64,000 bases of DNA from the human T2T-CHM13v2.0 reference genome, Homo sapiens. The translations under genes were made by a program, and so were the position numbers. The notes under the pieces were generated by a model. The model worked only from the letters and a program-made list of their open reading frames with translations. It made no database searches and was not told the origin of the DNA. This document shows positions 46,755-61,339 of this stretch, one piece after another (the stretch's first letter is position 1; every line of letters begins with the position of its first letter). The stretch lies in the NCBI RefSeq assembly GCF_009914755.1, contig NC_060930.1. The stretch is one strand, 5' to 3'.

Positions 46755-48098
46755 TGTGCTAGGCCATCTTTGCATCACTATACAGGAATAACTGAGACTG
46801 GTTAATTTACAAAGAAAAGAGGTTTAATTGGCTTATGTTTCTGTAGGCTGTACAAGAAGCATGGTGCTGACATATGCTCAGCTTCTGGTGAGGGCTCAAG
46901 GAGCTCTTACTCATGGCAGAAGGTGACAGGGACCCAGCATGTCACATGATGAGAGTAAGAGCAAGGTGAGGGAGTTGCCACAGCATCACACACTTTTTAA
47001 ACAACCAGATCTTGGGTGAGCTCACTCATCACCAGGAAGATGGCACTAAGCATTCCTGAGGGATCCGTCCCCATGATCCAATCATCTCTCACCAGGCCCC
47101 ACATCCAACACTGAGGATTACATTTCAACATGAGATTTGGAGGGACGAATTTTCAAACCACATCATTCTGCCCCAGCCCCCCAAATCTCATGTCCTTCTC
47201 ACATTACAAAGTGCAATCATCCCTTCTCAACAGTCCATTAAATTCCTAACTCATTCCAACATCAAGTCCAAAGCCCTAAGTCTCATCTGAGACTCATGAC
47301 CTTCCATTTTTGGGCCTATAAAAGCAAAACAAATTATTTACTTCCAAAATACAATGGTGGTACAGACACTGGGTAAACATTCCCATTTCTAAAGGGATAT
47401 ATTGGCCAAAAGAAAGGGGTAATTTTCATGCAAGTCTGAAACCCAGCAGGGCAGTTATTAAATCTTAAAGCTCGGAAATTATCTTTTTTGACTCCATGTC
47501 CTGCATCCAGGACACATGGGTACAAGGAGTAGACCCCCAAGACCTTAGGAAGCTCTGCCCCTGTAGCTTTGCATGGTACAGCCCCTGCAGCTGCTCTCAC
47601 AGGCTGGAGTTGAGTGTCTGCATCTTTTCTAGGCAAGAGTGCAAGCTGCTGGTGGATCTACCATTCTGGGGTCTGGAGGGTGGTGGCCCCCTTCCCACAA
47701 CTCCACTAGGTAGTGCCCTGGGGGTACTCTGTGTGGTGGCTCCAGCCCCACATTTTCCCTCTACATTGCCCTACTAGAGTTTCTCTTCAGGGTCTCCACC
47801 CCTACAGCAGGCTTCTGCCTGTACACTCAGGCTTTCTGATATGTCATTGGAAATATAGGTGGAAGCTGCCAAGCCTCCTTCATTCCTGCATTCCATGCAC
47901 CCACAGGAAGCTGCTAAGGCTTATGGCACCTTGCACTCCCCAAAGCCACAGCCGGAGCTCTACCTGGGGCCCTTTGAACCAAGACTGGAACTGGAGCAGT
48001 GGAATGTGAGGAGCAGCTTCCCAGGGTGGTGCAGGGCATCAGGGCCCCAGGCCTGGCCCTTTAAGCCATTCTTTCCTCCTAGGCCTCTGGGCCTACAA
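46755..48098 (-). mobile_element. MSTB LTR (46755-47165) plus truncated MST internal region; second LTR absent
   Basis: ggctgtacaagaagcatggtgc..cagcttctggtgaggg LTR motifs; internal part similar to 36502-37440. Confidence 0.85.
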
Positions 48099-48784
48099 TG
48101 TGACTCAGACCTACAGGTCTTGCTAAGGTTCCTCCACCAACTGGGCAGGATTCAGGGGCCTTTGTGTCTGTTAACAAAGCATCAAAGTCCTCTCCAGATA
48201 CCTCCTCTCAATTCCCTTTCCTGGGGACCCTGTGACCTCCTGCTCTGTAACCTCCCTTCTCAATAATAGGGAAGAATCACATATATTTTGATAAATACTA
48301 CTCACAGCCCTAACTCTAATTGTAACTTTCCCAGATATTTTTAATATATTTAGGAAATGTATTCAGCAAAACTATTCAGCAAATAGCTACCACCCATCAT
48401 AGCCACTCACTAAATCTATCACCTATTGTGAATTTAAGGGAGTCTTGTCACTGGCTGCATTAAGCTTTGTCTTGCCATTAATAATATTTTCCATCCCTGA
48501 GGCTGCCCTGCAAGTAAACCTGCTTTAGTCTTTTGGGGTACCTAGGGCCTTTTTGAGAGATCAGCCTTGAGGTCCATTTTGGGAGATAACCTCAAGGTTA
48601 TTAGTACCTTTACTGTTTATTTCTCTGTCCCTAATGCCACTTCACTGTCCCCAGGTGGCCAAGGGTCTGAAAGGTCATTTCCCCCCATCTAGCAAGAGCA
48701 AGTCCTCCTTACTCCTCCACGAAGCTTTCTCAAATTTTATGAGAACCCTCTGATCCCTTCCTTTCAGGAAGTTGTGCCACACCA

Positions 48785-49140
<356 letters not shown>

Positions 49141-49959
49141 TAAATGTTGACTTTCCACCTTCATGTATTACATATAGCACCCAATATTATCCTAGACACA
49201 GGGCTGGTATGTTATACATTTTTTGATTACTTGATTGAGAAGGTTAAAAATGCTGAATTGGAAGACATGAAAGTAGGGGCCACGTGCATCTAAAACTAGA
49301 AAGGTGGTGATCTATGGAGATTAAATCTGCCTCTTCCCAAGAAAAAAATGAACCAACACTGGGAAGTATTCTCCAAAGCATTCTTTACACTTTCCTGTGT
49401 CCTTATTTTTCAACGAAGAGATTCTTATTCACACTTTTCCATTCCAAATTACCCATTACCATTCTAATTAAAATTTGACCCACATCCCTCATCTCCATAT
49501 AGATCCATGGTCCCCTCCCCGACCTCTTCAGAGATCAGACCTATGTGAAAGGATATGCAAGAAAATATTATTTCTGACACCAGAACTACCAGCTGCAGAA
49601 AAAAAGCAGTTGAGTTGCTAAACAATAAAGCTGACTATTTCTCTAGTAATATTTCAGTATGTTATTGGAAGTTAGAGGGGTTCCCCCTTCTAAAGCTCTC
49701 CCATATATGACTTCCTTATAGCTTTTCCACCATTTCTCTCCCCTGCCCCCAAAAGGAGACCTCCACTTATAAGCCTCAGAAAGAAAAATGTAATTTTCAA
49801 AGAAATTTACAATTGGAAGTGGAAAGGTACTGGGTGACAGTGTGAGTAGAAGAGTTGTAACAGACATGCATGATTACAGCCTTTGTTCCTTTTCACTCCA
49901 GGGAGAGTCACAACAGCCAGAAGAGAGCCAACCATAGCATGGAGCAGAAGAAACACGCA

Positions 49960-50350
49960 GGACTAAATTCCAAAAGGGAGCCTCTCATTTCACTTCAGTT
50001 ACCCATCAGCCATATGACGTTAGCAAGTCAGTCTCTTCCAATTCCAATTTCTTTCTACAACTGGAACAGGACAGTCTATCTGTGCAACCTACCAAGTTCC
50101 ACCAGGATCAAACAAAGTGAGGTAAGAACAAGAGAGCAGCCACTCCTGAATGTGGCCTTTTCACAGCCAGGTGCCTCTGAAACATCGTAGCTGTTAATCC
50201 TCATAAGTCTCCTGTAGATCATATTATTATATCCCCATTGTACAATGAGCAGACACAGCTAATTGAGGACCTTGTTCAAGGTCACCAGCCAGTAAGTTAT
50301 TCAAACTTGTTTAGCCCATGTTTAACTTCCACATTATACTGCCTCCCTCT
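49960..50350. mobile_element. Two MIR relics in opposite orientations
   Basis: tgacgttagcaagtca (+) and tatccccattgtacaatgag..cttgttcaaggtcac (-). Confidence 0.55.
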
Positions 50351-50824
50351 ATATTTTGAAATAACTTTAAAACTACAAATCTATACAGTTTTATTAAAAT
50401 GTATATGAAAAAATAAGTCCCTGAGGAAGAAGTTGGCAGCCAGATTTGATTCACTTATTCCTTTTCTACTCCCCACCTCCCACCATCAATTTTATCAAGT
50501 TCCTTCCTCCTCCCAATCTCCCTCTTCTAGTTATTCCTTTTTTTAATTCCTCTTACGATTTTCCTTTTGTGCACTTCTCCTCTGTTGTCATTCCAACCTT
50601 CTGTAATTAACATGAGAACAAACCCCTACAACTTGAAAGTGCATGCAATTAAAACAATGTATCAATTATATTTACTATGAATGTAGGACCCATTTTGAGC
50701 TTTTTCTTTTTTGTTTGTTTTGTTTTTTAACCACCCCTTTATTAGGTTAACTTTAGACATAGCTGAGACTTTTATGAAGATGAAATGACAGAATGCTTAG
50801 CAAACTTAAAAAACAGACATCATG

Positions 50825-51176
<352 letters not shown>

Positions 51177-52379
51177 TTACACTAGAATGTTATCAGACCA
51201 AAAAAAAAAAAAAAAAAAAAAAAACACAGATTTGACTATACAGTGAATCCTCAATTATATGTGTGGCTAGTACAGAAGGGCACTGTTTACCCGTCCCTGT
51301 TTTTGCCTCCCTTGGATGCTTTTCCCCCCAAACCTAGGGAGCTGCCCCTCTCTCTGGGCCACGCAGCACTTTGTTCATTTTCTACCTTAGTTATCATCGT
51401 AGCCGGGTTATATTGCAGCCTGTTTTCACATTAGTCTCCCCAACTTAACAGAGAGGGCTAGGGCAAAAAAACAGCATTTATTCATCTTTATATTCCAAGA
51501 ATGCCCGGTACATGAAGATCCCCAACACATGTCTGTTGAATGATGGAACAGAAATTCACATTTAGCAGAAAAACATGCAGCCTTCAGACAGACCGGGGTT
51601 ACCATAGGGCAGGACACATTGGCGATTACTGGCTCTTAATTTGCTTGCAGGAAAATAATCTAAAGCCTTTGGTTCTTGAGAAGAGGAAGCAGAAATGGTG
51701 CCTTTTTCAAACCATCCTCCACCGGCTGGAGCTGGCTCACTTTTCATCCTGCTGACAATTTTCTGAGTTACAGTTTACACCAACGTTGTCACAGAGTTGA
51801 TCACCTGAAAACCAGCCCTCCTTTCCTTCCCGTGGCAAGGGTATCCTGCCACACTCCTCTCACTCAGCCCAAAGATCACTTGCAGAACCAAAGAATGAAT
51901 TTATTTGTTGCAACCTGCACCGGAACTTTGTAGTATTCCAATTTCTCCCCTTTCCACACACTTCCATACACCCTATTTCACCTCTATTACAAGTTCTCTG
52001 GGGCCACTTTACAGATGATAAAACTGGGCTGAAAATGTGTTTAAGGTCACATGAGTGGAACCCAGTTCTTCTCCTTCCTGATGCCTAACTAGGCGTCCCC
52101 AGCCATATCCCCGGGGCAGCTTTTACAAAAAGTCTCACGCCAGGGCTTTATCCCCTCACGTGATTCAGGACATCTGGGGTGGGCCCAATAGGTGTGTTCT
52201 GAAAAGCTCTCCTGGTGCTTCTGGGAGGCGCCTCGGGTTAGGCAGCGACGCACAAAACATAAACCCTGTCATATCATTATTTATTCCGTGAATACATCGG
52301 AGTTCTGTTCTTTCGGTGGCCACACAGATGCTCAATGCCACGACCCTTGAATAACTGCCATAGTTGTCACTTCACTTGG

Positions 52380-53520
52380 CTTTTTCAATAAAATGAACAG
52401 GTCCCGCGCTCCTAGACCCATGAACACTCGGGAAGCCCCAGGGGTATCTCTGTCCTCGACACAGCAGGGGCCCTACAAACCCAACACGGCTGTGCACCCG
52501 CCAAAGTGCCCACGCCCACCGTGGCGGGGCGTGTCCTGCCCGCCCCCATCAGGGGAGTCCTGCTCTCGAAATTATCCCGCGCGCCGCCGGTAATCCGGGG
52601 TGACGCCACGGCCCAGGTCTCTTTTCTCCCGGAGTCTGCGGGGACCTCCCCGCCGCAACTCGGTCACTTTGTTCCCATTAACTCAGTCTCTGGGAGACGG
52701 GCTAAGCTGGCACTTGAGATTCTCCCGTTGGGGTGGTTCAGCAATGATCACCCCGCCGTCTGCGCAGACAGCCCCGCCCCCAGCCTCGGAGAGCACAGGA
52801 CCCGGGAGGCGGCGACCTGCCTCCGCGCGGGGACAGTGGCCGGCGGGGCGGGCGCTAGGTGGCGGCTGTTCAGCTCCCACGTCACCCGGCCCGCCCTCCG
52901 CCCAGCGCAGAAGCGAAGAGCTGCAGACGACGGAGAAAAGGGAAGCGCGCCCCAAGCCGCACAAAGGTGGCCGCCGGTGTCCCAAGCACCGACCGCCATC
53001 CCCGGCAGGACGCAGGCAGGAGCCTCGGCCAGGCTACCTCGCCTGGCCCGCGGACTCCGCGCGGCACGTGGGCACCTGCGGCACGGGTTGGAGCCCCCGC
53101 CCCACGCGCCCACCTTAACGCCGCGCCCCCGGCTCCCCGCCCCGCTGCCAGCCAGTTCTCTCGCTCGCCCCTGCCTCACCTGCCTTTCCTACCTACCCGC
53201 CGCCAAGTTTCCCCCGCTTGGAAAGTTCTGGAGTCCGGAGCCCGTGGCCCACTGGGTCAGCTCCGGCCGGCGGGTCCGGGCGGCCGCTGGGCGTGCGGCG
53301 CAGCTCCGACTCGGCGGCGCGGAAAAGGGGAAGGGGAGGAAGGGGCGGGAGCCTCGGCGGGGCGATCCCCCTCCGACCCCAGCCGGCCCGCGGTAGCCGC
53401 CTTGGGAACTTCTGCGCTATGATTATCCGCCCCCGCGTTGGGGACTTTGCCTCTCTTCCGCGAGACTCTTGTCATCGCCGCCCGCGGTTAAGAGTTGGGG
53501 CTCCGGGTCGGGCTGCCTCA
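52380..53520. promoter_or_regulatory. CpG-island promoter
   Basis: The only strongly GC- and CpG-dense non-repeat block in the window; several GC boxes, CACGTG at 53065, CCACGTCA at 52877, CTCF-like motif at 52851-52866. Confidence 0.92.
53180..53327 (-). other. Candidate non-coding first exon of an unidentified minus-strand gene
   Basis: GC boxes immediately upstream (53342-53363); pyrimidine initiator; donors CAG|GTGAGG (exon end 53180) and CGG|GTAGGT (53197); no ATG in the exon. Confidence 0.6.
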
Positions 53521-53890
53521 GTTCAGATCTTGCTCCTCCACTTAGGAGTGTGTGATCTGAGGTAACCTACTCTACCCCTCTGCAAAAGGAGGGAAATTAA
53601 TAATAATAATAACAATAATTCCTATCCAGGGGCGAATCCACGTGTTGTGGGGCTTGAAACTGAAACAACTGTGAGTAGAGGTGGCGAATCTTCAAGGGAA
53701 GTATAAAATGAGATTCTGGGATTAGCAAGCATCTGTGCGCGTGAGGGGGCCCGAAGCTTAAGCTTCATTAGCTTCACGTCTCAAACTGCCTCTGCAATGT
53801 TCTTCATGAGATTAATTAAGTGCGAGAATTAAATGAGGTGAGCCGCGAACGGGGCCTAGCATAGTGCGGGGCGCACTCAGCAGGTGTTGT
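53500..53890 (+). mobile_element. MIR interrupted by a hAT MITE
   Basis: ttcagatcttgctcctccacttag..tgtgtgatct and gagaattaaatgag..gcctagcatagtgc. Confidence 0.65.
53627..53794. mobile_element. hAT-Tip100-type MITE
   Basis: TIR-like ends caggggcgaat / aactgcctctg; gggcccgaagcttaagcttcattagcttcac motif. Confidence 0.7.
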
Positions 53891-54696
53891 TTATAGGGAT
53901 CATTTCCCTGTAACTGGCCAGGTGGACTTGGGAGAGGAGGAAATAATGCTGATTGTCAGTTATGTGCCAGGTGTTAGAATACGTGTTAAACTCAATTCAT
54001 ATGCCAACGCGTGCGTAAGCAATATGCCAGTTTTATAGCTCAGAACACCGAGGCTCAGGGAGTCACGTAACTTGTTCATGGTTTCACCGAAAACCCAATT
54101 CTGCCACGTTGCAAAGACCCGCTTTTTCCACAGTTCCATCTCACAAATATGAATATGTAACTATGTTACCATAACTTGTTGTTTGGGCAAGAGAAGAAAT
54201 TCCCCCATGAGTGAATTGTTAATGAATTTTCAGTGCAAAATTTCCCCAGCTCATGCAACAGCAAAGAAGACTTGCCCTGCATATGAAATACCTGGAAAAT
54301 CAACAAATTTACTGAAATGTGTTCAGGTTACACATTTGCTTGCTCTGTTAGGACTATGTGTTTAGTTTTTATATTGGTTATTAATACTACTGCACTTCAG
54401 ATGAATGAGTTTATAATCTATCCCCAAAGGGCGTATAAACGAAGACAACAACATAAGGAAAGGAACTTTCCTGTTCAAGGCACTTCATTCTTTTTCTCAT
54501 TGAATTTCAAAATCTCTATGCTGTAGTTGTAATACCCTCAATTAACTAATGAAAACTCAAAAGTAGATTAAGTTGTCTAAGTTCACACAGATAGTCAGGA
54601 TTTGAACCCACCTGATTTGCCTGGATTCTAAATCTTAGCTCTTTTTTCTGCACTTTGGGGGAGAAGAGAAGAAACTATTTTAAATGCATGAAGTCA

Positions 54697-55000
<304 letters not shown>

Positions 55001-56047
55001 ATACATGAAGTCATTTATGTTTTGCAAAGTGGAAGAAAAGAGTATATCAAAAGTAAGTCGTTATTTTAAGTTTCTATTGCAGGAGAACTAAACAGAAAGC
55101 TTAGATCCACAACTTAGTTATTTAGGGTGAGGAAGGGAGAGTGCCTGCTACAGTGCCAGGCACATAATAGGACATTCGTTGCATGAATGAATGAATTCAT
55201 AAAAGAATTAGTGAAATTCTTTTGGGTCGTTGGTAGTGCCTCTTAAGTCACAGCCTTTCAATATGTAGTTCTTATAAAATGCCAGTATCGTGAAGAGATT
55301 TTCCCCCCTCTACTTTTGTTCTCCCTCTTGGGTAATAAAAGGGACAAATCAAATTTTTAGGGGGAGCAAAAGGAGAGTGGAAGCAGGAAAGGACAGAGAA
55401 GAATAAAAGGATCATAGGAATAAGGAGAAGGAGAATGAGACACATCCTTTCCGTTGCCTCTTCAGAGAGAAAGATTTTATATCTGTCAGAAACATGAATA
55501 AAACTACAAAAGTGCATTAAATTTTCTAACTAAATTGTGAAATAGTTTGTTATTGTATTACTGTAAAAGCAACAATATTTTGTTAAGACAGAAAATAAAC
55601 CTTGCACCCATGCACACTCCCACCCCACAACATGTGAGTCCAGCTGTGGCTCGGATGGGGTAGGCAGATGGGAGATTGCACATTTAGATAAAGAAGGCAA
55701 GTTCACTACTTCTCCTTCAGGCAGGTAGTGAACTTTCATGCAGGAATTGAACTTTCAAAGACTTTCAAAAACAAATTCAATAAAGGAAGTGAGAGAGGGA
55801 GGATACATACAACTTTCAAGGAATAGATGGTTTTTCCAAAGTTTAGAGGAGGGAAGGAAATCGCTCTAATGAAAGGAATAACAGCTACCATTCTAGTGCT
55901 TATTCAGGCAAGCTGACACCAGAGCCCATGTTCTTTTGCCCATGCTATTGGGCACTTCACAGCAGAACAGGTTTAGACCAACTGATCTAGAAATGGCAGG
56001 CTGGAGAACAGAAAGTGAGAGCGAGGAGGGAGGAGGGACTCACATTA

Positions 56048-56527
<480 letters not shown>

Positions 56528-57921
56528 CTGTGGGTGCTTTCTTAAAAGACCTACAGAAGATGTGAGGCCCTTGAGCTTGAAGATTAAAGCAGTCATTCCC
56601 CAATCCCAGACTGAGAGTACAGCCTTCCTTAGTTGTATACCTAGTCACAACATCCCTCATTTGCAGATGTCACTAGCGCATCCAGCAGTCCTTAACTTTC
56701 AAGTACAAGATCTTTGGTTATATACCATCAGTACAGCTGTGCACTGTTTATTAATACACACCGCACCCCCTGCCCCATAACCTGCAACTACCTTTCATAC
56801 ACCAAATTCCATTTTGGGTCATGATCTAAGAGATGACACCAACCATTGAGTGATGGGTGTTGCTGTTAGCCACTCATCAAAAGAAGCACAGACGCCGGGG
56901 GCTTGTGGTCCCAGCGCCCACCACCCCATGCCAAAGAACCATGTTCTTGGACCTCTGCCTCCACACAGACGGCACTCATGAAGGAGGCTCAGGGGTCATG
57001 TCCCAGTGCCTAGAACCTGCTCTCCTGGGTTGGGGAATGGGGTTAGTTCCAGCAGACACAGCCTCAATTCTTTGGTGAAATAATACAATCAAATCCTCTG
57101 TAGGTACAGAAGATGAAGATCCTCACCCCCTACCCTGTTCCAACTAAACAACGGCATGATGTTGGTAGTTGGGTTTAATCGACCCAGGTGCCTGGGACAT
57201 GGGTGGCCTGACCCCAGCAGCCATCTCCCTGCCTTGGGTTCCAGAGTGAGGGCTGACAGGCTAGAACTCTCACTGGCAGCCCTGGCCGCTCAAGCCTGAG
57301 GGAGCCAGGACCTACAGAGACCATCATGAGAAATTTTCTAATCAAAATTTTTTTCTAGTAATGAGAAATATTTCTAACATCTACAGGTTTTGTTGTTTTT
57401 TTCTTTTTCTATTTTTTTTTTTGTTTTGTTTTTTGCCTTTAAACACATTTCCAGGAACTCATTAGTTACCAATGTAAGGGACCACCTTAATGAATAAATT
57501 ACTCCAAGGATATAGAATTCCCTTTTGTTGCCACAGCCTCTTATTCTGCCCACCTTGTCTTGCTTCCTATTTTAAAAAATGTCTTTGTGACCTTTAATCC
57601 CTAGAACCTCTTCCTACTTTCTTAGTTCATTACCTCCATTCTGACTTCCCTTACCTCTCCACTCACTATAGGTCAGTTTTTGTTGCTGTGGTTTTGTGTG
57701 TACGTGTGTGCACTTATTTCCTTACCGCCATAAGCATGACTCTTCATTTCCTTGACTTCTCTCCATTTCCAGTCAGAAATCTCCCCTCATTCACTTGTTT
57801 TGTTACTTTCTCAAATTGTTACGTGCTACTGGGACATCAAAAGAGTATGTTGATTGGATCTACTCTGAATATAATTTCAGAAGAGCACATACAGCTTTTT
57901 AGCATCTTTTTCATCATCTCT

Positions 57922-58596
<675 letters not shown>

Positions 58597-59040
58597 TCTC
58601 TTTATTACATTTTCTACCTCTGCAATTCTAAACCTTTTGCATCCAAGATCTCAACTTTTCCTCCTCCTCATTCTCAACAGAGTGAATTGCCTTCTTCTTC
58701 AAGTAGAAATACTTCCCACTGGAGCTTTCACAAATATTTTTGCATCTTTCCATTATTTATTTTTCTTCTTTCTTCTCTGAGAAAATGGTTCTCCTTGCAA
58801 AAGCTAATCCCTGTGACTTCAGCTCAAAACCCCAAACTTCTCCAGGATTAGACTATTGGTTGTCACATTTTACTTGCATTTTCAGAGTCCTCCACTTTAT
58901 TGACTCTTGGGCCTCTGCTTTCAAGCTTATGTCTTCATTATTCTTTAAATAATAATCATTAATATTAATATAAAATTTTCCAGCAGCGTTGCCACTTCCT
59001 GAAACTATTGACTTGTAGTTCAGTGCTCCCTTACTACCTC

Positions 59041-59490
59041 TGAAGTTTAATATTGAGTGTCAACTTGATTGGATTGAAGGATGCAAAGTATCATTTCTGG
59101 ATGTATCTGTGAGGGCATTGCCAAAGGAGGTTAACATTTTATTCCGTGGACTGGGAGAGGCAGACCCACCCTCAATCTGGGTGGGCACCATCTAATCAGC
59201 TGCCAGTGCCGCCAGAATAAAAGCAGGCAGAAGAACGTGGAAAGACTAGACTGGTTTAATCTTCTGGCCTACATCTTTCTCCTGTGCTGGATGCTTCCTG
59301 CACTTGAATATTAGACTCCAAGTTCTTTAGCTTTGGGGCTCAGACTGGCTTCCTTGCTCCTCAGCTTGCCAACAGCCTGTTGTGGGATCTCACCTTGTGA
59401 TTGTGAGAGTCAACACTCCTTAATAAATTCCTCTTTATATATACATCTATCCTATTAGTTCTGTCACTCTAGAGAACCCTGACTAATACA
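59041..59490 (+). mobile_element. MLT2A2-type solo LTR
   Basis: gagtgtcaacttgattggattgaagg ... ctagagaaccctgactaataca. Confidence 0.9.
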
Positions 59491-59944
59491 CCACTGAACT
59501 TTGTCAATGCATGTCTCTGCCCATTACCATTGGTTCTTGTCCCTACTCACTGTGGAACCCCTTAGTATCCACACCTTGCAATCTGGCTTCCTCACCACTC
59601 TGCTTTACCCGTTCTTTGCAATCAACAGTGACGTCTTCTAACTGCCAAGCCACTGGGCTCAGTCTTTAGCATCTTAACTTTTCCAAATGATTTACCATAA
59701 AAATGGTTCTGAACCATTTACCAGGTTGATCTGTGCCTCTCCCTTCACATTCTCTTCCCAAAGGCTCTTTTTTAAAAAAGGAAACAGGGGATTTTAAAAT
59801 TAGCTTCGTGATTTAAATTACTGTTATTACTCCTATTTAGTGGTCTTAGTTTCTTTGACGGTCTACCAGTTTGAACACTTCAAAACAAGCCGGACACCTG
59901 AGCATCTCATGTCATACATCAATAATCCAAAATTAGGTAGAATC

Positions 59945-60312
59945 GTTGCAGGCTGAATGTTTGCATCCCCCAAAAATGTATATGTTGAATCTTAATCCCC
60001 AAAGTGATGGTATTAGGAAGTGGGGGCCTTTGGGAGGTAATTAGATCATGAGGATGCCACCTTCATGAATGGGCTTAGTGCCCTTCTAGAAGCGACTTCA
60101 GAGATCTCTCTTGCTCTCTTTCCTCCATGTGAGGATACAATGAGAATCCTGCAGTCTGGGACCTGGAAGAGGGCCCTCACCAGAACCCACTCATGCTGGC
60201 ACCCTGGTTTTGGAATTCCAGCCTCCAAAACTATGGTAAATAAATTTCCGTTGTCTATAAGCTACGCCATCTATGGCATTTTTGTTACAGCAGCCTGAAC
60301 TGAGTAAGACAC
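59945..60312 (+). mobile_element. MLT1A-type solo LTR
   Basis: ctgaatgtttgcatccccc ... acagcagcctgaactgagtaagaca. Confidence 0.88.
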
Positions 60313-60529
60313 ATTTTATATATTCTCTCAATCTTTTCTGTCTATGCATTTGCTTGGGGAAGGAGGACAGGGTTCTAAGTAGCCCCAAGGAAATAGCTAA
60401 TAACCCTAAGCAGAGGCAAAGCAATTATCAAGAAATTAAAGGAAATCCTACATGAAATTATCTGTCCATTCAAAGCTGTTATCTCTGCATTGAGGAAATA
60501 ATGCCAGCCCTAGCAGAAAGTAATTCCTC

Positions 60530-61020
60530 CGTTTGCTTCAGTGATTCTGTATCTCCTGGCTCTCCTAACACTCAAAATATTTCTTTATCGTCATTCTTTC
60601 CTCTTTTCTTTTCTTAAATGTGGGGGTCTTCCAATATTTTAGCTTGAAACATTTCCCTTTATCTTCGCTCATTCTCCTTTCCACTTATGTTCTTGGGAAG
60701 CACATAATAAATCACTTCTAGGCATACAGATTCCAAATCGCTAGCCCTGAAAGATCCCCAGTCACAAGATACCTGTTTTTTGTTTTTTTTTTTTTTTTTT
60801 TACTGCCTGCTGAACATCTTGCCCTGCAGTGCGCACCAGACTTTCTCACTCAACATTCCAAACTGAACTCAGCATCTTATCACTATAACTAGTTTCTTAT
60901 TTCAATTTTCATAATTCTAGCAGCACTGCCATTCTCCCAGATGCCTACATTTGAAAACTAACTTTGTGCCTCTGTTTCTTCTCTGTCCTTCCCTCCCCGT
61001 ATTGTATGTCCCAAATCTAT
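60530..61020 (+). mobile_element. L2 relic (further pieces at ~58650-59030 and 59490-59760)
   Basis: actcaacattccaaactgaactc motif. Confidence 0.6.
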
Positions 61021-61339
61021 CAAAAGTGCACTTAGAGTAAGCTTGGCATGTGTATTCTTATGATACCTATCTTATTCTCTTGGGAATTACACAGATGTGA
61101 CCGTTTTAAGGAAAATCCATAAAAAGAAATGAAATTTAAATAGTAGTATTTAGATACTTAAGTTAGTATCAATGATATTATTCATTCTACAAAAAAGTAC
61201 TTTTGTATAACCTCTTGACAAGTACGAGATGTAAAATTCAACTTCTACCTCTAATAATTTAATTTTTACAGGCTAAAATTACATGCAGTTATCTTTTTGC
61301 CTACTAGAAGAAAATAGTAACATTTTTAAACTATATATC

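Noticed and set aside
53180-53327. Naming the host gene
   Set aside because: No coding exon of the host was found in the window and I do not recognise the 5' UTR; a BLAT search is needed.
52506-53422. 296-aa, 187-aa and 172-aa ORFs in the CpG island
   Set aside because: Overlapping Pro/Ala/Arg/Gly-rich frames on both strands are expected where GC content suppresses stops; non-ATG starts and no recognisable domain.
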